From: a virus | Lineage: Duplodnaviria > Caudoviricetes | Direction: 5' to 3' (one strand) | Length of the DNA stretch: 24,429 nt | IMG/VR virus record: IMGVR_UViG_3300020043_006654 | Span: 1-24,429 of that record | Shown: positions 23,335 to 24,429 of the stretch, one piece after another | Layout: each line of letters opens with the position of its first letter | Position numbering within the stretch: position 1 is the stretch's first letter | Made by a program: the position numbers and the translations under genes | Notes under the pieces: model-generated | What the model saw: the letters and a program-made list of their open reading frames with translations, nothing else | The model's database searches: none | What the model was told of the DNA's origin: nothing

Positions 23335-24429
23335 TTACGACAATGAACTGATTCAAACAGTTCTCCAATATCACCAGCACTCTAAGACTTACAAAAGCGA
23401 GCGTCAACGCCGCAATAATTTCAATTGGAATATTTATCAAGGCAAACAAGATTACAGCCATAAGAGAAAAGGGCAGAGTAAAGAGTTTGTTCCGAAGCTC
23501 GCTCTAGGTGTAGAGTATTTGGTTGCTACCGTTCTTAATGGATTGACCAACCGTTCAGATGATTGGTTCTCGATTCAGAAGGGGTTGCAGCCTGATAGTG
23601 TTTTTGATCCAGATACTATCCGCACCATCATGAGCTATGAACTGTACAACGCAGATGCTTATGTATTTCTCAGCAACGCTATTAAGAATGTAGGGCTCGA
23701 CAGTTTCGTTTCAGCAAAAGTTTATGGGTGCATAGAAAACATTCCTCGCTTTCATGTTGAGCCTGGTACGCCATTTGTTCAAGTTGAAGGGCAGCCGCCA
23801 CAGAAAGCAAAGAAAACTAAAGTTGAAAAGACAGAAGTTAAGCGATGGAAACTCGCCATTGATCTAATTGACTTTGAAAGTTACGATGAAGACCCTGAGC
23901 CAAATCCTAGTGGCCCTTTATACAAAATCCACACAGTTAAAAGAGATTTACACGAGCTAATTGAAGTCGCTGAGAACTACCCCGATGTTTATGACATGAA
24001 GGTTATCAAAAGCATTCAGGAGTCATTCGAAGATCAAGAGGCTGAGGATAATAAGCGGCAGCGCAAAGGACAGACGAAAGCGACTCAAGCAGATTTCCGC
24101 AAAAAGATCACCATGCGTGAAATGTGGGGAACAGTTCTAGATAGGCAGACTGGCAAAGTAAAAGAAAAAAACATTGTTATGACTATTGCTAATGACAAGT
24201 ACTTGATTCGTCCTCCTCAGAAAAATACACGCATGGACGGCAAAGATCCTTTCGTTAGTTCGTCGCTGATTAACATTCCAGGGTCCATTCATGGGAAGGG
24301 ATTCCTAGACGCCGCATCATCAATGAACAAAACCTACAACGAAGGGTACAACCTTTTATTGGATGGGTTCTTTGATCAGATCAAAGGAATTAAACAATTC
24401 CGCCGTGGAATCATGACCAATCCTCGACA
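23321..24429 (+). CDS. Portal protein (podovirus type), truncated at window end
   Basis: GAGGA RBS; MAKSSYDNELIQ...WNIYQG.......QSKEFVP...WFSI. Long frame running off the window, located after terL. Confidence 0.85.
   Translation, partial: MAKSSYDNELIQTVLQYHQHSKTYKSERQRRNNFNWNIYQGKQDYSHKRKGQSKEFVPKLALGVEYLVATVLNGLTNRSDDWFSIQKGLQPDSVFDPDTIRTIMSYELYNADAYVFLSNAIKNVGLDSFVSAKVYGCIENIPRFHVEPGTPFVQVEGQPPQKAKKTKVEKTEVKRWKLAIDLIDFESYDEDPEPNPSGPLYKIHTVKRDLHELIEVAENYPDVYDMKVIKSIQESFEDQEAEDNKRQRKGQTKATQADFRKKITMREMWGTVLDRQTGKVKEKNIVMTIANDKYLIRPPQKNTRMDGKDPFVSSSLINIPGSIHGKGFLDAASSMNKTYNEGYNLLLDGFFDQIKGIKQFRRGIMTNPR

Noticed and set aside
23177-23461. Minus-strand 94-aa ORF and other short antisense ORFs in the track (e.g. 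326-565, 3714-3983, 21914-22162)
   Set aside because: They lie opposite well-supported genes, with no RBS or recognisable motifs.
1-24429. tRNA, rRNA, integrase, transposase or stop-codon reassignment
   Set aside because: None recognised by eye. Genes tile densely under the standard code, with all three stop codons in use.

Overview
The window is a contiguous piece of a tailed dsDNA phage genome with podovirus/P22-like virion organisation. The host is most likely Gram-negative, because an Rz/Rz1-like spanin pair is present. (1) 1-9044 (+): end of the late operon, with a partial structural gene, a GNAT protein, three DNA-ejection-type proteins, small membrane genes, a beta-helix tailspike, a transglycosylase endolysin, a holin and spanins. 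(2) 9031-19521 (-): the early/replication arm, with a replication initiator containing iterons, a loader-like gene, an ERF annealing protein, two small ribbon-helix-helix regulators, a DUF6745-type repeat protein and its partner, a C5 methyltransferase split over two fully overlapping reading frames, exported proteins, an Acb2/Tad1-like hairpin protein, DUF3310 and an HNH-like gene. (3) 19646-24429 (+): a glycosyltransferase-like gene, a DEDD nuclease, terS, terL and the start of the portal gene. The two arms are driven by back-to-back sigma70 promoters. I see no integrase or cI/cro pair. Most notable: a ~130-nt nested stem/pseudoknot RNA element directly before the initiator RBS, a host-type parS site, the dual-frame methyltransferase, a 22 x 12-bp coding repeat built from five unit types, and a small acidic Zn-finger protein sharing the C-terminal motif of TerL. 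All family assignments come from recognising motifs by eye, not from database searches.
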